From IMG/VR virus record IMGVR_UViG_3300021979_000001, positions 290,948-354,947 of that record: 64,000 nucleotides of DNA; one strand, given 5' to 3'. A program made the position numbers and the translations under genes. Shown here piece by piece: positions 30,315-41,781 of this stretch (positions are counted from its first letter, which is position 1; each line of letters begins with the position of its first letter). The notes beneath the pieces were generated by a model. It had not been told where the DNA came from, searched no databases, and worked only from the letters and a program-made list of their open reading frames with translations. This DNA comes from a virus (Duplodnaviria; Heunggongvirae; Uroviricota; Caudoviricetes).

Positions 30315-31388
30315 TTGATGTTTGACATGGTAACAACAACGTTTCGAGTGTTGATGCAACCGATAAACAAAAAAATTTACGTTGATGTCAAACATACTAA
30401 TATTGATTTTCCGAAAAGTTTATATAATTATTTGAATCAAATAATAATTGATACAACAAAGTATGGAGATATTTTAAATGATGTAATGTATGATCGATAT
30501 GACGAATATTATACCTTAACTCCATTGAAAATTGCTGAATTTCGGCAGCACCCTGGAATACACAAATTTCCAATTGACATCACGAATGAACCAGATGCTT
30601 TTTCTGGTTCATTCAAATCGACTTATGGGTATGAAATATCTGTTAAACAAGCGGCAACTATTATTATATGGAATTTGTTTACCAAGCATATGAAACATTT
30701 TCATTTTGAGTTCATGGATCATACCGCAACTGCTATGAAACAAGTTCATTTTTTTAGACCTGAATGCACAACGAGGTGTTTCTGGGTTCGCAATAGTATG
30801 AAAGAAGCCGCAGGAAATTTTTATTATCCTAAAAATGCGGTCAAAATAAATGCCCAAGATTACGGATGTAATGTATCATTCCGTAATTTCAATGTTTTAG
30901 GTGCTAATAATATAACATTAAACCAGTCGAATGATGTCAGTGATGAACTTAATCAACTATGTGTTGATTTAAATACCCAGATCGTCATAGCAGATGGGTA
31001 TATTCACATGGAAAAGAAATATAAACGGAAAATAATGAACTTAATCAATAATAAATGGATTAAAATTAATGATTTGATAAAACATAATATTCATAACGTC
31101 AATATCAAAGTAACGTATGAAAAATACGATGACGTGTTATCCAAATATGAGGATGTATGGAATGATGGCGATATTGTCAACACACAATTAATACATATTG
31201 ATTATTTAAGTTCACAGAACAAACTAAATCGCATTAATGTGGATTTCATCAAAGCCGTCTTACGTCAGGATAATGATGTGTTGATTTTGGTATACACAAC
31301 ATATTACAATCACAGTTGGAGAAAAAATATTCATTTGTTTTCAAAGAATGAATCCATAATTACTCTTTTAAAAATGAGGCTATTATGA
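30315..31388 (+). CDS. expanded paralog family protein
   Basis: 357 aa; close paralog of 31385; ends LFSKNESIITLLKM. Confidence 0.8.
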   Translation: MMFDMVTTTFRVLMQPINKKIYVDVKHTNIDFPKSLYNYLNQIIIDTTKYGDILNDVMYDRYDEYYTLTPLKIAEFRQHPGIHKFPIDITNEPDAFSGSFKSTYGYEISVKQAATIIIWNLFTKHMKHFHFEFMDHTATAMKQVHFFRPECTTRCFWVRNSMKEAAGNFYYPKNAVKINAQDYGCNVSFRNFNVLGANNITLNQSNDVSDELNQLCVDLNTQIVIADGYIHMEKKYKRKIMNLINNKWIKINDLIKHNIHNVNIKVTYEKYDDVLSKYEDVWNDGDIVNTQLIHIDYLSSQNKLNRINVDFIKAVLRQDNDVLILVYTTYYNHSWRKNIHLFSKNESIITLLKMRLL

Positions 31389-32452
31389 CTAACATGATCG
31401 AATCCCGTATTTTGGTGTCTCTTGATTGTGGTTGGGAACAATATGTCAATGTAAAACATGAACCAATGCAGTTCGATGATGCTTGTTATGATCATTATGG
31501 TCGTTTATCCATTCATTATCTAATTTATGACGAAATCCTGTTGGGGGTTAAATATGACCATTTCGGGGAATGTTATAAAATAACCCCGTATGACGCCATT
31601 AATTTAAAATTGCATCGTGGTAAGTTTCCGTTTCAAATCGATATGGAAACCGATACTTGTCATTACGGTTATAGTATAAGTTGTAACCAGGCCGCAATTA
31701 TTATGGTATGGGATATGTTTGTTCGATATTATAGTGATATTGAATTTCATATAGTCCATGATGTAACGGAACCAATTCGCAGTCACAAATATGTCAAACC
31801 AACCACCATCCCAGGTTGCTATTGGGTTAATAATCATTTTGGCAAGATTGATGGTGGTTTTCATTATCCAAAAAATCCGACCATCATAAACGGGTCAGAT
31901 TATGGATGTTCTATAACATTCGGTATTTGGGAACAAGATGGCCGAAACAATATAACACTTAATAAAAAAAACGAAATCCACGGCCAATTAAATGACCTGG
32001 CGATTAAATTGAATACGCCAATTACCATCATTGATCAAAATATTCACGTGGAAACACAACATTATGAAACAATATTGAATTTCATTAACACTATTTGGAT
32101 TGAATTAAAATCCTTGGAACAATATAATATCCATACTTTTGCAGTCACATTATCATATGAGGGATATATCGATCTTTCAGAAGAAATAGTTAAAATAAAT
32201 GCAGATGCGGACATTAGTTGTGTTCAGATGACCAATATTATACAAATGAGTAGTGAGTATAACAATAATAGTAATATTAACCGTGATATACTACATCGTG
32301 TTAATAAACATTATATTGATTCTAAGCTGGTAAATGACACTGATTTTTTAATAATATATGGAACAGTGTATTCAGACGCGGTTCACAAACGTGTTTACTT
32401 TTTTTCTAAAAGTGAAGAAGTTATTACATTACTTAAATTGAGGGTATTATGA
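31385..32452 (+). CDS. expanded paralog family protein
   Basis: 355 aa; YGY.IS..QAA.I..W, F.YPKN...IN..DYGC, G.NNITLN shared with 30315; ends FFSKSEEVITLLKL. Confidence 0.8.
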   Translation: MTNMIESRILVSLDCGWEQYVNVKHEPMQFDDACYDHYGRLSIHYLIYDEILLGVKYDHFGECYKITPYDAINLKLHRGKFPFQIDMETDTCHYGYSISCNQAAIIMVWDMFVRYYSDIEFHIVHDVTEPIRSHKYVKPTTIPGCYWVNNHFGKIDGGFHYPKNPTIINGSDYGCSITFGIWEQDGRNNITLNKKNEIHGQLNDLAIKLNTPITIIDQNIHVETQHYETILNFINTIWIELKSLEQYNIHTFAVTLSYEGYIDLSEEIVKINADADISCVQMTNIIQMSSEYNNNSNINRDILHRVNKHYIDSKLVNDTDFLIIYGTVYSDAVHKRVYFFSKSEEVITLLKLRVL

Positions 32453-33519
32453 AACGAACGTTTACATTTATCGTAGATCACAAAAAGTTTATGGTATGTG
32501 TATGTTTTAATACTGATACTCTTATTTTAAATTCGGTAATGATAACTAATCCAGATGATCAGTTTAAAATCGAAATTGACAATGATTGTGATTATAATTT
32601 AGTTACCAATAATAAAATCACACCATATAATATATTATACCGGGAAACAACTTATAATTATCTGCCAGATTTCCCGGTTGAAATACATGATACTATTAAT
32701 ACTATATACGAACTTTCTGAATTAAATGTATGTTGTATATCAATTTGGTCGTATTTACATTATTATCTTGAAACGGATAAAGTGAAATCGATTGAGATAT
32801 ACCAAAATGTAAATGGCACAAACATCCCAATTAATAAAAAACCAGTTTCATATATAACATATGAAAACAAAAATGATTATGGGTTCTATAATATCAATCC
32901 TACCGACAGCGTTGAGGCAATTAAACTCTGTGGCATGTTTCCATCTAATTTACGCATTTTAGATATAATTATGTATATAGACATGGAAATTGAACATGTC
33001 GCGAATGGTAATGATTCAACCGCGTTTCCCACATGGTTCCTTGCCGAAAATTATACCCATGCATTCACCAAGATTTTAGATGATTTTGCCAAGGAAAATA
33101 ACACATTCATTGTGATGCTGTGTGATGCGAAATTATATTGTGATATAAATTTATTTACGGATATTACCCAACTGTTTTTGGATAATTTTAGTGAGCCAGA
33201 AGATATTGCATCTGATTACAATAAATCAAAGAAAAAATCAGATAAAATACTATATCAATTGACATTAGAAAAATCTTATACAAACACTGATGACGTGATT
33301 AATAAACTGGCAGAACTTGGATACCAGTATGAATCCCGTTATATAGAAGATTTTGATATATATCACGCGGGAATATTACCAGCCTTAAAAACAGTTGATG
33401 TTTATGTGATTTCCTTATTAACGCCTACATTATCATCGTCATTACCAGTAGTGCGAAATATCACAATGTTAACGCACGATAGTGAGTTATACACGATGCT
33501 AAAATTAATATATGGGTGA
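32449..33519 (+). CDS. expanded paralog family protein
   Basis: 356 aa; LDDFAKENNTFIV; ends YTMLKLIYG. Confidence 0.75.
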   Translation: MKRTFTFIVDHKKFMVCVCFNTDTLILNSVMITNPDDQFKIEIDNDCDYNLVTNNKITPYNILYRETTYNYLPDFPVEIHDTINTIYELSELNVCCISIWSYLHYYLETDKVKSIEIYQNVNGTNIPINKKPVSYITYENKNDYGFYNINPTDSVEAIKLCGMFPSNLRILDIIMYIDMEIEHVANGNDSTAFPTWFLAENYTHAFTKILDDFAKENNTFIVMLCDAKLYCDINLFTDITQLFLDNFSEPEDIASDYNKSKKKSDKILYQLTLEKSYTNTDDVINKLAELGYQYESRYIEDFDIYHAGILPALKTVDVYVISLLTPTLSSSLPVVRNITMLTHDSELYTMLKLIYG

Positions 33520-33576
33520 TATTGCTGCTGAAATATGCCGATGAAATCCCAGGATCACCATTAAAGGGGCGCAATC

Positions 33577-34569
33577 ATGCCGAAATATCAGTTTTCATTT
33601 AAAAGTGACAACGATGAAATCAAAATAAAGTTATGGTCTAAACAAAATATAGCTAATTACAACAACGATGTGACTAATAAAATATTACCTATAATTAATG
33701 ACATAGAAAACCAATTTGGTATTAGAGTATACTCGTCAAATAATATGATCTATAGTGGGGTAATATCATGTAATGTTATGACGTCGGAAATCACATCAGG
33801 TGTATTACGAATTATAGAATATTATTTTGGGAATGATTTCTGGCCGAAGAAATTAAAAGATAATCCTAATATTTCACATACCCTCACTTTTTATCAAAGC
33901 GTCGAACTTCTTTTTGGTATTATTAACAAATATACTAATGATTATTATAAATTTAAAATACTCAATAAAAAAGAAATTTTAACCGAAAAATATAACTCAA
34001 GTTTTTTACAATCATATCCTACTATTACAATAGAAAATAATAACTTAATACATTATTATTCTGGTCTGCATTTTACTAATCCAGTGCCGTGTTTGAAAAA
34101 TTATACCTTGGTTAATATCCATAGAATATTCACAAACACGTCAAATATATTATTGAGACAAGTGTCACAACAATATAAACAATACTTCTATGATAATGTA
34201 TTAAACTTTGCTAATGATAAAAATACTGAAATATATTGGTTCTGTGATCATATTTTTGTGAAAAATGAATTTGTTGATGATTTTTTGAACATGATTAATA
34301 CCTATTGGGTAACCGAGATTCCTGAACCATGGGTATTTAGTTTTTCAATCACGGGGGAGTCTGCTATTGAAATTAATGAGTATTGCCAAATTATAGAGGA
34401 CTCTGAATTGAAATGCGAAATGATATATAGCTACCTTAGAAGCAATTATTATTATATAGGTAATATACCATCGGATGCAGATGTTCTAATATACAAATGC
34501 ACAAACAGCGTTTATTTTTTTGTAAAAGATGCAGCTACCTGGACATATCTTAAATTGATGGAACGCTGA
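33577..34569 (+). CDS. expanded paralog family protein (EYxFG subgroup)
   Basis: 330 aa; IIEYYFGND; FAND.NTEI...INTYW; ends FFVKDAATWTYLKL. Confidence 0.75.
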   Translation: MPKYQFSFKSDNDEIKIKLWSKQNIANYNNDVTNKILPIINDIENQFGIRVYSSNNMIYSGVISCNVMTSEITSGVLRIIEYYFGNDFWPKKLKDNPNISHTLTFYQSVELLFGIINKYTNDYYKFKILNKKEILTEKYNSSFLQSYPTITIENNNLIHYYSGLHFTNPVPCLKNYTLVNIHRIFTNTSNILLRQVSQQYKQYFYDNVLNFANDKNTEIYWFCDHIFVKNEFVDDFLNMINTYWVTEIPEPWVFSFSITGESAIEINEYCQIIEDSELKCEMIYSYLRSNYYYIGNIPSDADVLIYKCTNSVYFFVKDAATWTYLKLMER

Positions 34570-34653
34570 ATTTAAATCAACGATAAAAATTATGGTTGAC
34601 TGTTTTATGTAATAGTGTATTATTAATCATAACCTTTTACATGGATATGTCAC

Positions 34654-34998
34654 ATGTCAAAATTTACATATGATTACATCGTTGATGAAGCAACCGATAC
34701 GTCTGGGTTGAATAATTCTGAAATCGTTCGGTTTCATATGTTTAATCCGAATGGAATTTTTGAAAAATCCAGTAACCAGCAAGAACAGTTACTTGGTATG
34801 CTTGACCGCAATCAGGTCATGGGCGGGTTCATCGTTGCTAGCGATGATGAATTTTATCGCAAAAGTTTGCGGGATTTGTTAGCAAAGAAACGGGTTAACA
34901 CAATTGAGTTGTCTACAATCATCGAATTATGGGAAAAACATTTGGTTCGGGTTGCCGAAAACATTGCCAAAATTGAAAATCAAAAAAACGACATTTAG
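34654..34998 (+). CDS. hypothetical early protein
   Basis: 114 aa; TTGACT-16-TATTAT at 34596-34623. Confidence 0.65.
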   Translation: MSKFTYDYIVDEATDTSGLNNSEIVRFHMFNPNGIFEKSSNQQEQLLGMLDRNQVMGGFIVASDDEFYRKSLRDLLAKKRVNTIELSTIIELWEKHLVRVAENIAKIENQKNDI

Positions 34999-35006
34999 GT
35001 TAAAAA

Positions 35007-36125
35007 ATGACACGCGGTATAATTCGGTATGGCAGTTATAATATAGTAATGTCGGTGAGGTTTACACCGGATCGTTCGGCAGAACCAATAATTGATACCG
35101 AACAATACCTTATCAAACTTTTTTATAATGCCAGTGTCGAGTATTCCCGAAAATCGGGAATTGACTTTTTGTGCAGTAGCATTAATGCTGGGCAGTCAAC
35201 TGTTGCCCAAAACATGCATTTTTCAACCCGATTATGGTCGCCCACACGTTTTAGGATACTCGAATATTTTTTTGGGGTGAATGTAATTCCGCAGCATGTG
35301 CGAGAAATATCATTTAACTGCGTGCATCTGTGCATGGAAGATCAATTCACTATCTTCGTGAATGTTTTCAACGCGATGACCAATCATGTCTATAATGTCA
35401 TTCCGAACTTCCATAAATACCAATATGGATCACATGAATCACACACAACATCAATGTTCGAACATCAGATCGATAATAAGCCAGGTCTGGTTAGGTGTGT
35501 TGAACTTTCAAAACAGTTTCCGCATATAAAAACGTTATTGGGAATGGCATCAATCAATATTATTGACACATCCACATATGGTTGCATGCCATTACAAACA
35601 ACATTCATAGCATATGATTTTAAATCAAAAAATGTCGTTAATAAATGCAACGATTTAAATTCACGGCATTTACACTCGCGTGATTATGGAATGATTGATG
35701 TTGACAAACAACATGATTTCTATGCTGTTTTGGACAAATATGCAAAATCCCGACAAACACAAATTTTTCTTATTGATTACAATTTGTTTGTTGACCCTGC
35801 TTATGTTGATGAAATAAATGAAATTATCTCAAAACATTGGGGAAAATTGTTTGTGGATAATGATCAATGGGTGTCATTTTGTTGGAAATCACCATCAGAC
35901 GACGATCTGACTAAACTTTGTAATACGCTTGCCGATAATGGAAATAATATTTATGTGATTCTATCAATGCTGCATAAAAAAGGTTATCGGGATAATCAAT
36001 TAAATCTCGATAAGTATGATTTCGTTGTTGTAATTGAATCTAGTGTATCGAATAGTGTAAATACAGATGCGATAATTTATGCCAAAGACGAAATAAATTT
36101 GAGCCTCGCTAAATTATGTTGTTAA
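35007..36125 (+). CDS. expanded paralog family protein (EYFFG subgroup)
   Basis: 372 aa; WSP...LEYFFG.NVIP; ends IYAKDEINLSLAKL. Confidence 0.8.
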   Translation: MTRGIIRYGSYNIVMSVRFTPDRSAEPIIDTEQYLIKLFYNASVEYSRKSGIDFLCSSINAGQSTVAQNMHFSTRLWSPTRFRILEYFFGVNVIPQHVREISFNCVHLCMEDQFTIFVNVFNAMTNHVYNVIPNFHKYQYGSHESHTTSMFEHQIDNKPGLVRCVELSKQFPHIKTLLGMASINIIDTSTYGCMPLQTTFIAYDFKSKNVVNKCNDLNSRHLHSRDYGMIDVDKQHDFYAVLDKYAKSRQTQIFLIDYNLFVDPAYVDEINEIISKHWGKLFVDNDQWVSFCWKSPSDDDLTKLCNTLADNGNNIYVILSMLHKKGYRDNQLNLDKYDFVVVIESSVSNSVNTDAIIYAKDEINLSLAKLCC

Positions 36126-36151
36126 TAACGGACCGGTGAGGACGTGTTATT

Positions 36152-37270
36152 ATGCCGATAGCTTATGATACTGCAAAAATAACGTTTTGGCGCGACAATA
36201 CTATACGAATTTCGCTACAATATGATAATAATCACGATACAAAATCGGCACAAGACCTCCTAAATGAAGTTGGTCATAAATTGAGCAAAGACACCGGTAT
36301 TGGCTGGTTTAATACACTGCATACTGACAATTCTGTTTATCAGTTTTATGGCAACAATGTCGCCTGGACACCGTTTATGTTCAGCTTGGTTGAATACTTC
36401 TTTGGTAATAATGTGTTGCCATACCATCTGCATGAATTAAAAAATTCATACGTGGACCTTACTCGATATGATCTATTACAGATCGTGTTAAATATTTTCA
36501 ACATATCAACTAACTTTGTATATAACATGCGCCTTGCTGATCCCATCCTGTTTGATATATCGCGTAAACCGCAGGTATCTCGGGTAGGCCATAATACTAA
36601 TACCCATCAAAACTGGTTGTATGGGATGCGAGAAATAACATCATGGGACATATTAAACCTATCATTATCTTGTGGTATATATCCATCATTATCTGACATG
36701 TTTCGGATTGATATTCGGGAGGTAATGACGAGTAGTTATGCTTGGAGTTTATCGACTAACAACTCCCTTGAGCCACAGGGGTTTCATATTTATCGTAATA
36801 TGGGGGAAAATACCACTAAAAGACATTCACTTGGTCTGGTTAATTTCAATTTGGTTAACCCATACAAAACTAATCAAGTGAAGGTTTTAAATGATTATTG
36901 TATGAATAATGAAACCGCAATGGTTATTGCATATGGTAGTTTGTTTGTTGAAAAGGAACACTATGCACAAGTAAACACGCTGATTGATAGTATTTGGCAA
37001 GAAATGGTCCCTCGTGATATATTCCCGTTCAGCATGAAAAATGTTGGTATCAATATTTTTGGCGCAGACCAAATTAGTGCCTTATTGGGTGATGCTGGGA
37101 TAAAGGTTGCAATCGTAACATATCAACATGGCAAAAAAGTATTACGAAATAATTGGGTTGATTTATCGTCGTTTGACTTGGTGATTAGTATTAACAAATG
37201 TGAAAATAATATTATACATTTTTACACAAAAGATGAAACTGTTCTTACCCTGGCAAAACTTTATACTTGA
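36152..37270 (+). CDS. expanded paralog family protein (EYFFG subgroup)
   Basis: 372 aa; TGIGWF, WTP.MFSLVEYFFG; ends FYTKDETVLTLAKLY. Confidence 0.8.
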   Translation: MPIAYDTAKITFWRDNTIRISLQYDNNHDTKSAQDLLNEVGHKLSKDTGIGWFNTLHTDNSVYQFYGNNVAWTPFMFSLVEYFFGNNVLPYHLHELKNSYVDLTRYDLLQIVLNIFNISTNFVYNMRLADPILFDISRKPQVSRVGHNTNTHQNWLYGMREITSWDILNLSLSCGIYPSLSDMFRIDIREVMTSSYAWSLSTNNSLEPQGFHIYRNMGENTTKRHSLGLVNFNLVNPYKTNQVKVLNDYCMNNETAMVIAYGSLFVEKEHYAQVNTLIDSIWQEMVPRDIFPFSMKNVGINIFGADQISALLGDAGIKVAIVTYQHGKKVLRNNWVDLSSFDLVISINKCENNIIHFYTKDETVLTLAKLYT

Positions 37271-37281
37271 CATCAGAAAGA

Positions 37282-37319
37282 ACAAAATAGCCCCAATATT
37301 TAAATTGGGGCTATTTTGT
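37282..37319. terminator. bidirectional intrinsic terminator
   Basis: ACAAAATAGCCCCAAT-loop-ATTGGGGCTATTTTGT between convergent genes. Confidence 0.8.
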
Positions 37320-37332
37320 ATATAGACCGATA

Positions 37333-38445
37333 TTAATAATCGTCTTCGTCTTCTTCGTCTTCTTCGTATTCTTCATCTTCATCGTCATCGTCGTATGGTG
37401 TATACATTCCCGTCGGATCGTAAACACTATACGTTTCATCAACGTCGTCAATATATTCGGTTAGTTCGGCATTATTTCGAACTATGTCAAACTCATTATC
37501 ACCCATGGAGAATGCGGTTTTAAATGTATAGTCACCATCATCAATAACATCTCTACCTATTAGAATGCGCTCAATGTATGATGCCGGGATTCGTCCTTTG
37601 TATGAAAAGATGCCTGTTTCTCTTGTAAAATTAGTTTTTGGGTTATACTTGTTTACTGTTTGTGCTGTAATATCCGAGTATGTTTCAAATCCAAGGGCAT
37701 CATCATTATATCCGTTCGCAGTGGTTTCTGGATGTTCATTGCCATAAAACATTCGAGAAACATCGTAATCTACAGAAATTTTTGATTTATCCGGTATCTT
37801 TAAAACCACGATTGCAGCAATATTATCCAAAAAATGTCTACCATTTTTTAAATTACTATTTGCATGCATTTTGGCTACGTCCATTGATGCAGATAGAAAA
37901 ACTCGGTCCGTAAATTTAATCTTCCAGTTCCCATTTGTCGTTGGTTGTAACCCTTTTTTTATAATATCGATCACCCAACGCAACGTGGTCCCATGAAATG
38001 CAATATCCGGTAGATCGCCGTTAAAATCAGACGCCATAGCAAATTCGCCTGGTTGATCCATCTCACGTGCATCGAAAGTGTTTGGGTAATGTATATATTT
38101 AATAAATGATATAGCTTTAACCACTTTCTTGATCAATAAACTCGACCTGGGGTTATATGCAAATGCTGCGGATTGTGATCTAATTGTTGCAGTATCATTA
38201 TTATATTCCATTACCAAAATATCGGGTCTATCTTCGTTGATATTGTAAATCATATCATACATATCATTAATTTTGCCATCTTCATTAGAAATATTTAATG
38301 TAGAAATAATATCGTTCAATACATCATCAGTAATTTCGTCGCTGTTAATGACCCATAAATTTGCACCATTAGCTATAATATAACCGTTATTGGTGTTTGA
38401 GTTATGTCTGATAAACATTTCATTGATAATATCTGATGCTCTCAT
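37333..38445 (-). CDS. ART-fold (Tpt1/KptA-like) protein with acidic tail, late
   Basis: AFHGTT...IIKKGLQP...VFLSASMDVA..HA...YKGRIPASYI; MRASDIINE leader; ATAAATA 38474-38480(-). Confidence 0.7.
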   Translation of the reverse strand: MRASDIINEMFIRHNSNTNNGYIIANGANLWVINSDEITDDVLNDIISTLNISNEDGKINDMYDMIYNINEDRPDILVMEYNNDTATIRSQSAAFAYNPRSSLLIKKVVKAISFIKYIHYPNTFDAREMDQPGEFAMASDFNGDLPDIAFHGTTLRWVIDIIKKGLQPTTNGNWKIKFTDRVFLSASMDVAKMHANSNLKNGRHFLDNIAAIVVLKIPDKSKISVDYDVSRMFYGNEHPETTANGYNDDALGFETYSDITAQTVNKYNPKTNFTRETGIFSYKGRIPASYIERILIGRDVIDDGDYTFKTAFSMGDNEFDIVRNNAELTEYIDDVDETYSVYDPTGMYTPYDDDDEDEEYEEDEEDEDDY

Positions 38446-38576
38446 AAAAAATCCATAAGTAAAAATATAGATATATTTATCATAATCCAGTATTTTTTTT
38501 CATTTACAAAACAATGGTATATGATATTATATGCTTATGTATTTTCTGAAATCGCAATTTTTTGGATGAAACCATA

Positions 38577-39692
38577 ATGTCGTATAAAGCACGTTTCATT
38601 TATGCCCCAGGGACGAACAAACAAATATTTGGAGGACGGGTTGATCTGTCCCGTATGGGTGGTTCCAGTTTTCTGTTGGAATGCAGGGTTAATAAATCAC
38701 CGCATGAAATATATGCGGCAATCCGGGAAACCCAAACAAAAACAATGGTTTCTATCATGGATGTCGAAGACCGGGATGTTCACAACCTCATACTGAAACC
38801 GTTCGTTGATCGGAGGATCAGCATATCTGCTTACGTGTTGTTGGATCGTTCAACAAATATTCGGGAAACCAAGTTCTGGCATTATGATGGTCGCGAAAAT
38901 GTTAGTATTGGTGCAACTGATTATTGTGAATTTGTGATGTGGTTTGCGTCACAGTCAATGCCAGATTTGGTCTGGGGGGAAATCAAATTACTTAATAAAA
39001 CTGACCAGGTGCAGGAAAATGGTATAACCTTTAACTGGGTGATTACACATTATAAACAAAAAGCAAACAATCGTGCGATGATTTTAGAATCCAATTTTAT
39101 GTCTAATAAAGTGTCAGTAATCAGTGGTGAAATTAATTATCACTGGGACGATGCCACTCATTTTATCAATTATATGTATCGCAATGTGAAAGATGATGAT
39201 ACCGGAGCGGTCAACCTATACGACTATCCATTCGTTTTTGATATGTCACCGTATATTAAATATAATATGTTTGACAATACATCGGATGTCGATAGTTCGA
39301 ATTTTGGTAAAATTATTAATTCAATTCAAAATACGATTGGTCGTGAATATGTGTTGGTCCAAGTAGGGGCATTGATGTTTTTCAAAACTGAAAAACAAAA
39401 AGATTTCTTCAACCGTGAAATCTTACAATACATCCGTCCATTTTATGAAATATTGATTAATTACCATGCTGTAATTAAGTTGAATAACTCCGATATTCAA
39501 AAAATCAAGACGACTTTAATATCACCAAAGGAATTGACAACGCGATCATATACCAAATACCAAACAATCACGGGAAAATTCAACCAGGCATCTACCCAGT
39601 TTCGGAAATATTGTTTGGTTGAATACGAAAAATATTGCCGTTTGTATTGTCAAGACCAAAACGATGCTGTTATGATCAAATTGCGGATGTGA
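38577..39692 (+). CDS. expanded paralog family protein (TNIxET/FxMW subgroup)
   Basis: TNIRETKFW...FVMWFASQS; ends LYCQDQNDAVMIKLRM. Confidence 0.75.
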   Translation: MSYKARFIYAPGTNKQIFGGRVDLSRMGGSSFLLECRVNKSPHEIYAAIRETQTKTMVSIMDVEDRDVHNLILKPFVDRRISISAYVLLDRSTNIRETKFWHYDGRENVSIGATDYCEFVMWFASQSMPDLVWGEIKLLNKTDQVQENGITFNWVITHYKQKANNRAMILESNFMSNKVSVISGEINYHWDDATHFINYMYRNVKDDDTGAVNLYDYPFVFDMSPYIKYNMFDNTSDVDSSNFGKIINSIQNTIGREYVLVQVGALMFFKTEKQKDFFNREILQYIRPFYEILINYHAVIKLNNSDIQKIKTTLISPKELTTRSYTKYQTITGKFNQASTQFRKYCLVEYEKYCRLYCQDQNDAVMIKLRM

Positions 39693-39700
39693 AGATTGTC

Positions 39701-40738
39701 ATGTATAATGAATATTGCCCTAACGCCAATAGCAATAATACATCCCAATTAATGTTATTTTTTGGGTTGGCGGATAAACCAGTCTATACAATGACGAATT
39801 ATCCGGCAAAGGTCATTAAAACAATATTGCGGGCCGCGCTGTCAAACGGCGAATTTGCGGTGAATGTTAATAGTGGGACTCAATTTTCATATGAGTTTAG
39901 TTTCACACATGCCGCAGTATTAACTCATAAAACCAATATCAAAGAAACCCTATTTTGGAAAGGATCGGTAAGCTATATCTTTACCGATTATGAATATGTT
40001 AATTTCGTGATGTGGATAATTTCACAAACCATACCAGATTTATTATGGACCAAATTTGCAGTATTAGATGACCCAATTGCGAAGAACCGGAAAAAGAAAT
40101 TTGGTTTTCGTATAGAAAATAACATAGATGCTAATGCCACATTATTTACCGATTTTGGTAAACCATCTAATAATATGATTATACAACATAATTATCCGAC
40201 GTTCAAACCAGGGTTGGTTTATGCCGGATATAACATGGACATTGGTCATTTGCTTATGACCAACAAAATACTCGTTCCACAAACGAAAAACATAATGAAT
40301 ATATCATATTATCACTCGAATTTCTGGTATGCAAACGAGTCACCTGGTCATAAAAATAAAAACAAGACATTGAACGAAATTACCGCATATGCACATGATA
40401 AAAAAATAAGTATTCCGGTTGTGCATGGGAATATGTATGTCGAAACTGAACAACAAAAAACCGATATTATGAAAATTATCGACAAATATTGGTATACTGT
40501 TCATGATGTAATGAAAACGTATCGGTTTGTCATAGATAGTGATAATCGAACGCAAAATCGAGCAATAAGCCAGCAGATTGATATGAAAATGGTAGAATTG
40601 GCAGACATTTTATATCAAGATATGGTTCCAAAAGTGTGTTTGGACGATATTGAATGCATCAAAGTAATAAATTTTAAATCAGTGAAATTTTACTTCAAAA
40701 ATATTGAAGAAACTGTTATGTTTCGTTTGATTAGTTAA
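39701..40738 (+). CDS. expanded paralog family protein (TNIxET/FxMW subgroup)
   Basis: TNIKETLFW...FVMWIISQT; ends FYFKNIEETVMFRL; ATG 39701 preferred. Confidence 0.75.
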   Translation: MYNEYCPNANSNNTSQLMLFFGLADKPVYTMTNYPAKVIKTILRAALSNGEFAVNVNSGTQFSYEFSFTHAAVLTHKTNIKETLFWKGSVSYIFTDYEYVNFVMWIISQTIPDLLWTKFAVLDDPIAKNRKKKFGFRIENNIDANATLFTDFGKPSNNMIIQHNYPTFKPGLVYAGYNMDIGHLLMTNKILVPQTKNIMNISYYHSNFWYANESPGHKNKNKTLNEITAYAHDKKISIPVVHGNMYVETEQQKTDIMKIIDKYWYTVHDVMKTYRFVIDSDNRTQNRAISQQIDMKMVELADILYQDMVPKVCLDDIECIKVINFKSVKFYFKNIEETVMFRLIS

Positions 40739-40761
40739 GCTGATGATGACAGTGGGTTAAC

Positions 40762-41781
40762 ATGGCGATTGCAAATAAGATGTCCAATGCAAATAAAAGT
40801 AAGATGATGCGGCGGAAAAAAACGTTTGAGCCACACATCCGTGAACTTGAGTTTTCGGCTGACATCACACATGATGAAATCAAAACGAAAATTAAACGAT
40901 TTGATAATACCTTTACCGGTATGACATTCCCGTTCACATTGCAGTTTGATGATGCAACAATTCGTGAAGTCAGTAGCCTATATCAAACATCTAATATGTA
41001 TTTAAACAATGCAAAAATTTCGAAAATTCAGTTACAAATTCTCAAAAAAACTGAATATTATGAAACGTTTCCAAACATTTTAAAAAACAACGAAGTCAAT
41101 GGGGAAATTAAATTCACCAAGGCTCGGCGGATGGCATTTTGGAAATGGGCATTGCATTATGTCAATCCAGAAATTGAAATTCATGATATTCAGGAACCAG
41201 GCACGAACGAACTGTTTTATGCACTAGAAAGTGATAAACCCGGTCAGTTCCACACACACATACATTATCTTCGGCCTGGAAATGACATCAATGATTTGGA
41301 TAAGTTAGATGATTATCAAATAACAACACTCAATGTATCCGCAATTAGTTATGCATTATGCGATTATCTTTTAAAGAAAAAGATTGATATATATAACTAT
41401 GGCTGGACACAACTGTGCCTTATGCCAAAGAAATTCATACCAGAAATTTCAAATATATTTTATGATATATTTTATGATATTCCGAAAATCCATGTGGAAT
41501 TTCCGTATAGTGCTAGCATTAGTGCAGAACGCTATGAAAACATTGCGTTCTGGAATACAAACAACGATATGGTAATTTCACTTGGTGATTATAATTTGAA
41601 GATAGCCGAACTACCTGCATTAAAACTGGTTACCACAAAAGAAGCAAAAAAGGTTGATGCATATATCACCAATATATATGAGGAAAATATCAACAATAAT
41701 CAGAATGACCGAGTTTATGAAATTCGGTTTAAAAACGATGTCGATAAAGTAATGTTTCTTCTATTGTATGGCAATGGGTAA
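40762..41781 (+). CDS. expanded paralog family protein
   Basis: 339 aa; ends IRFKNDVDKVMFLLLYG. Confidence 0.75.
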   Translation: MAIANKMSNANKSKMMRRKKTFEPHIRELEFSADITHDEIKTKIKRFDNTFTGMTFPFTLQFDDATIREVSSLYQTSNMYLNNAKISKIQLQILKKTEYYETFPNILKNNEVNGEIKFTKARRMAFWKWALHYVNPEIEIHDIQEPGTNELFYALESDKPGQFHTHIHYLRPGNDINDLDKLDDYQITTLNVSAISYALCDYLLKKKIDIYNYGWTQLCLMPKKFIPEISNIFYDIFYDIPKIHVEFPYSASISAERYENIAFWNTNNDMVISLGDYNLKIAELPALKLVTTKEAKKVDAYITNIYEENINNNQNDRVYEIRFKNDVDKVMFLLLYGNG

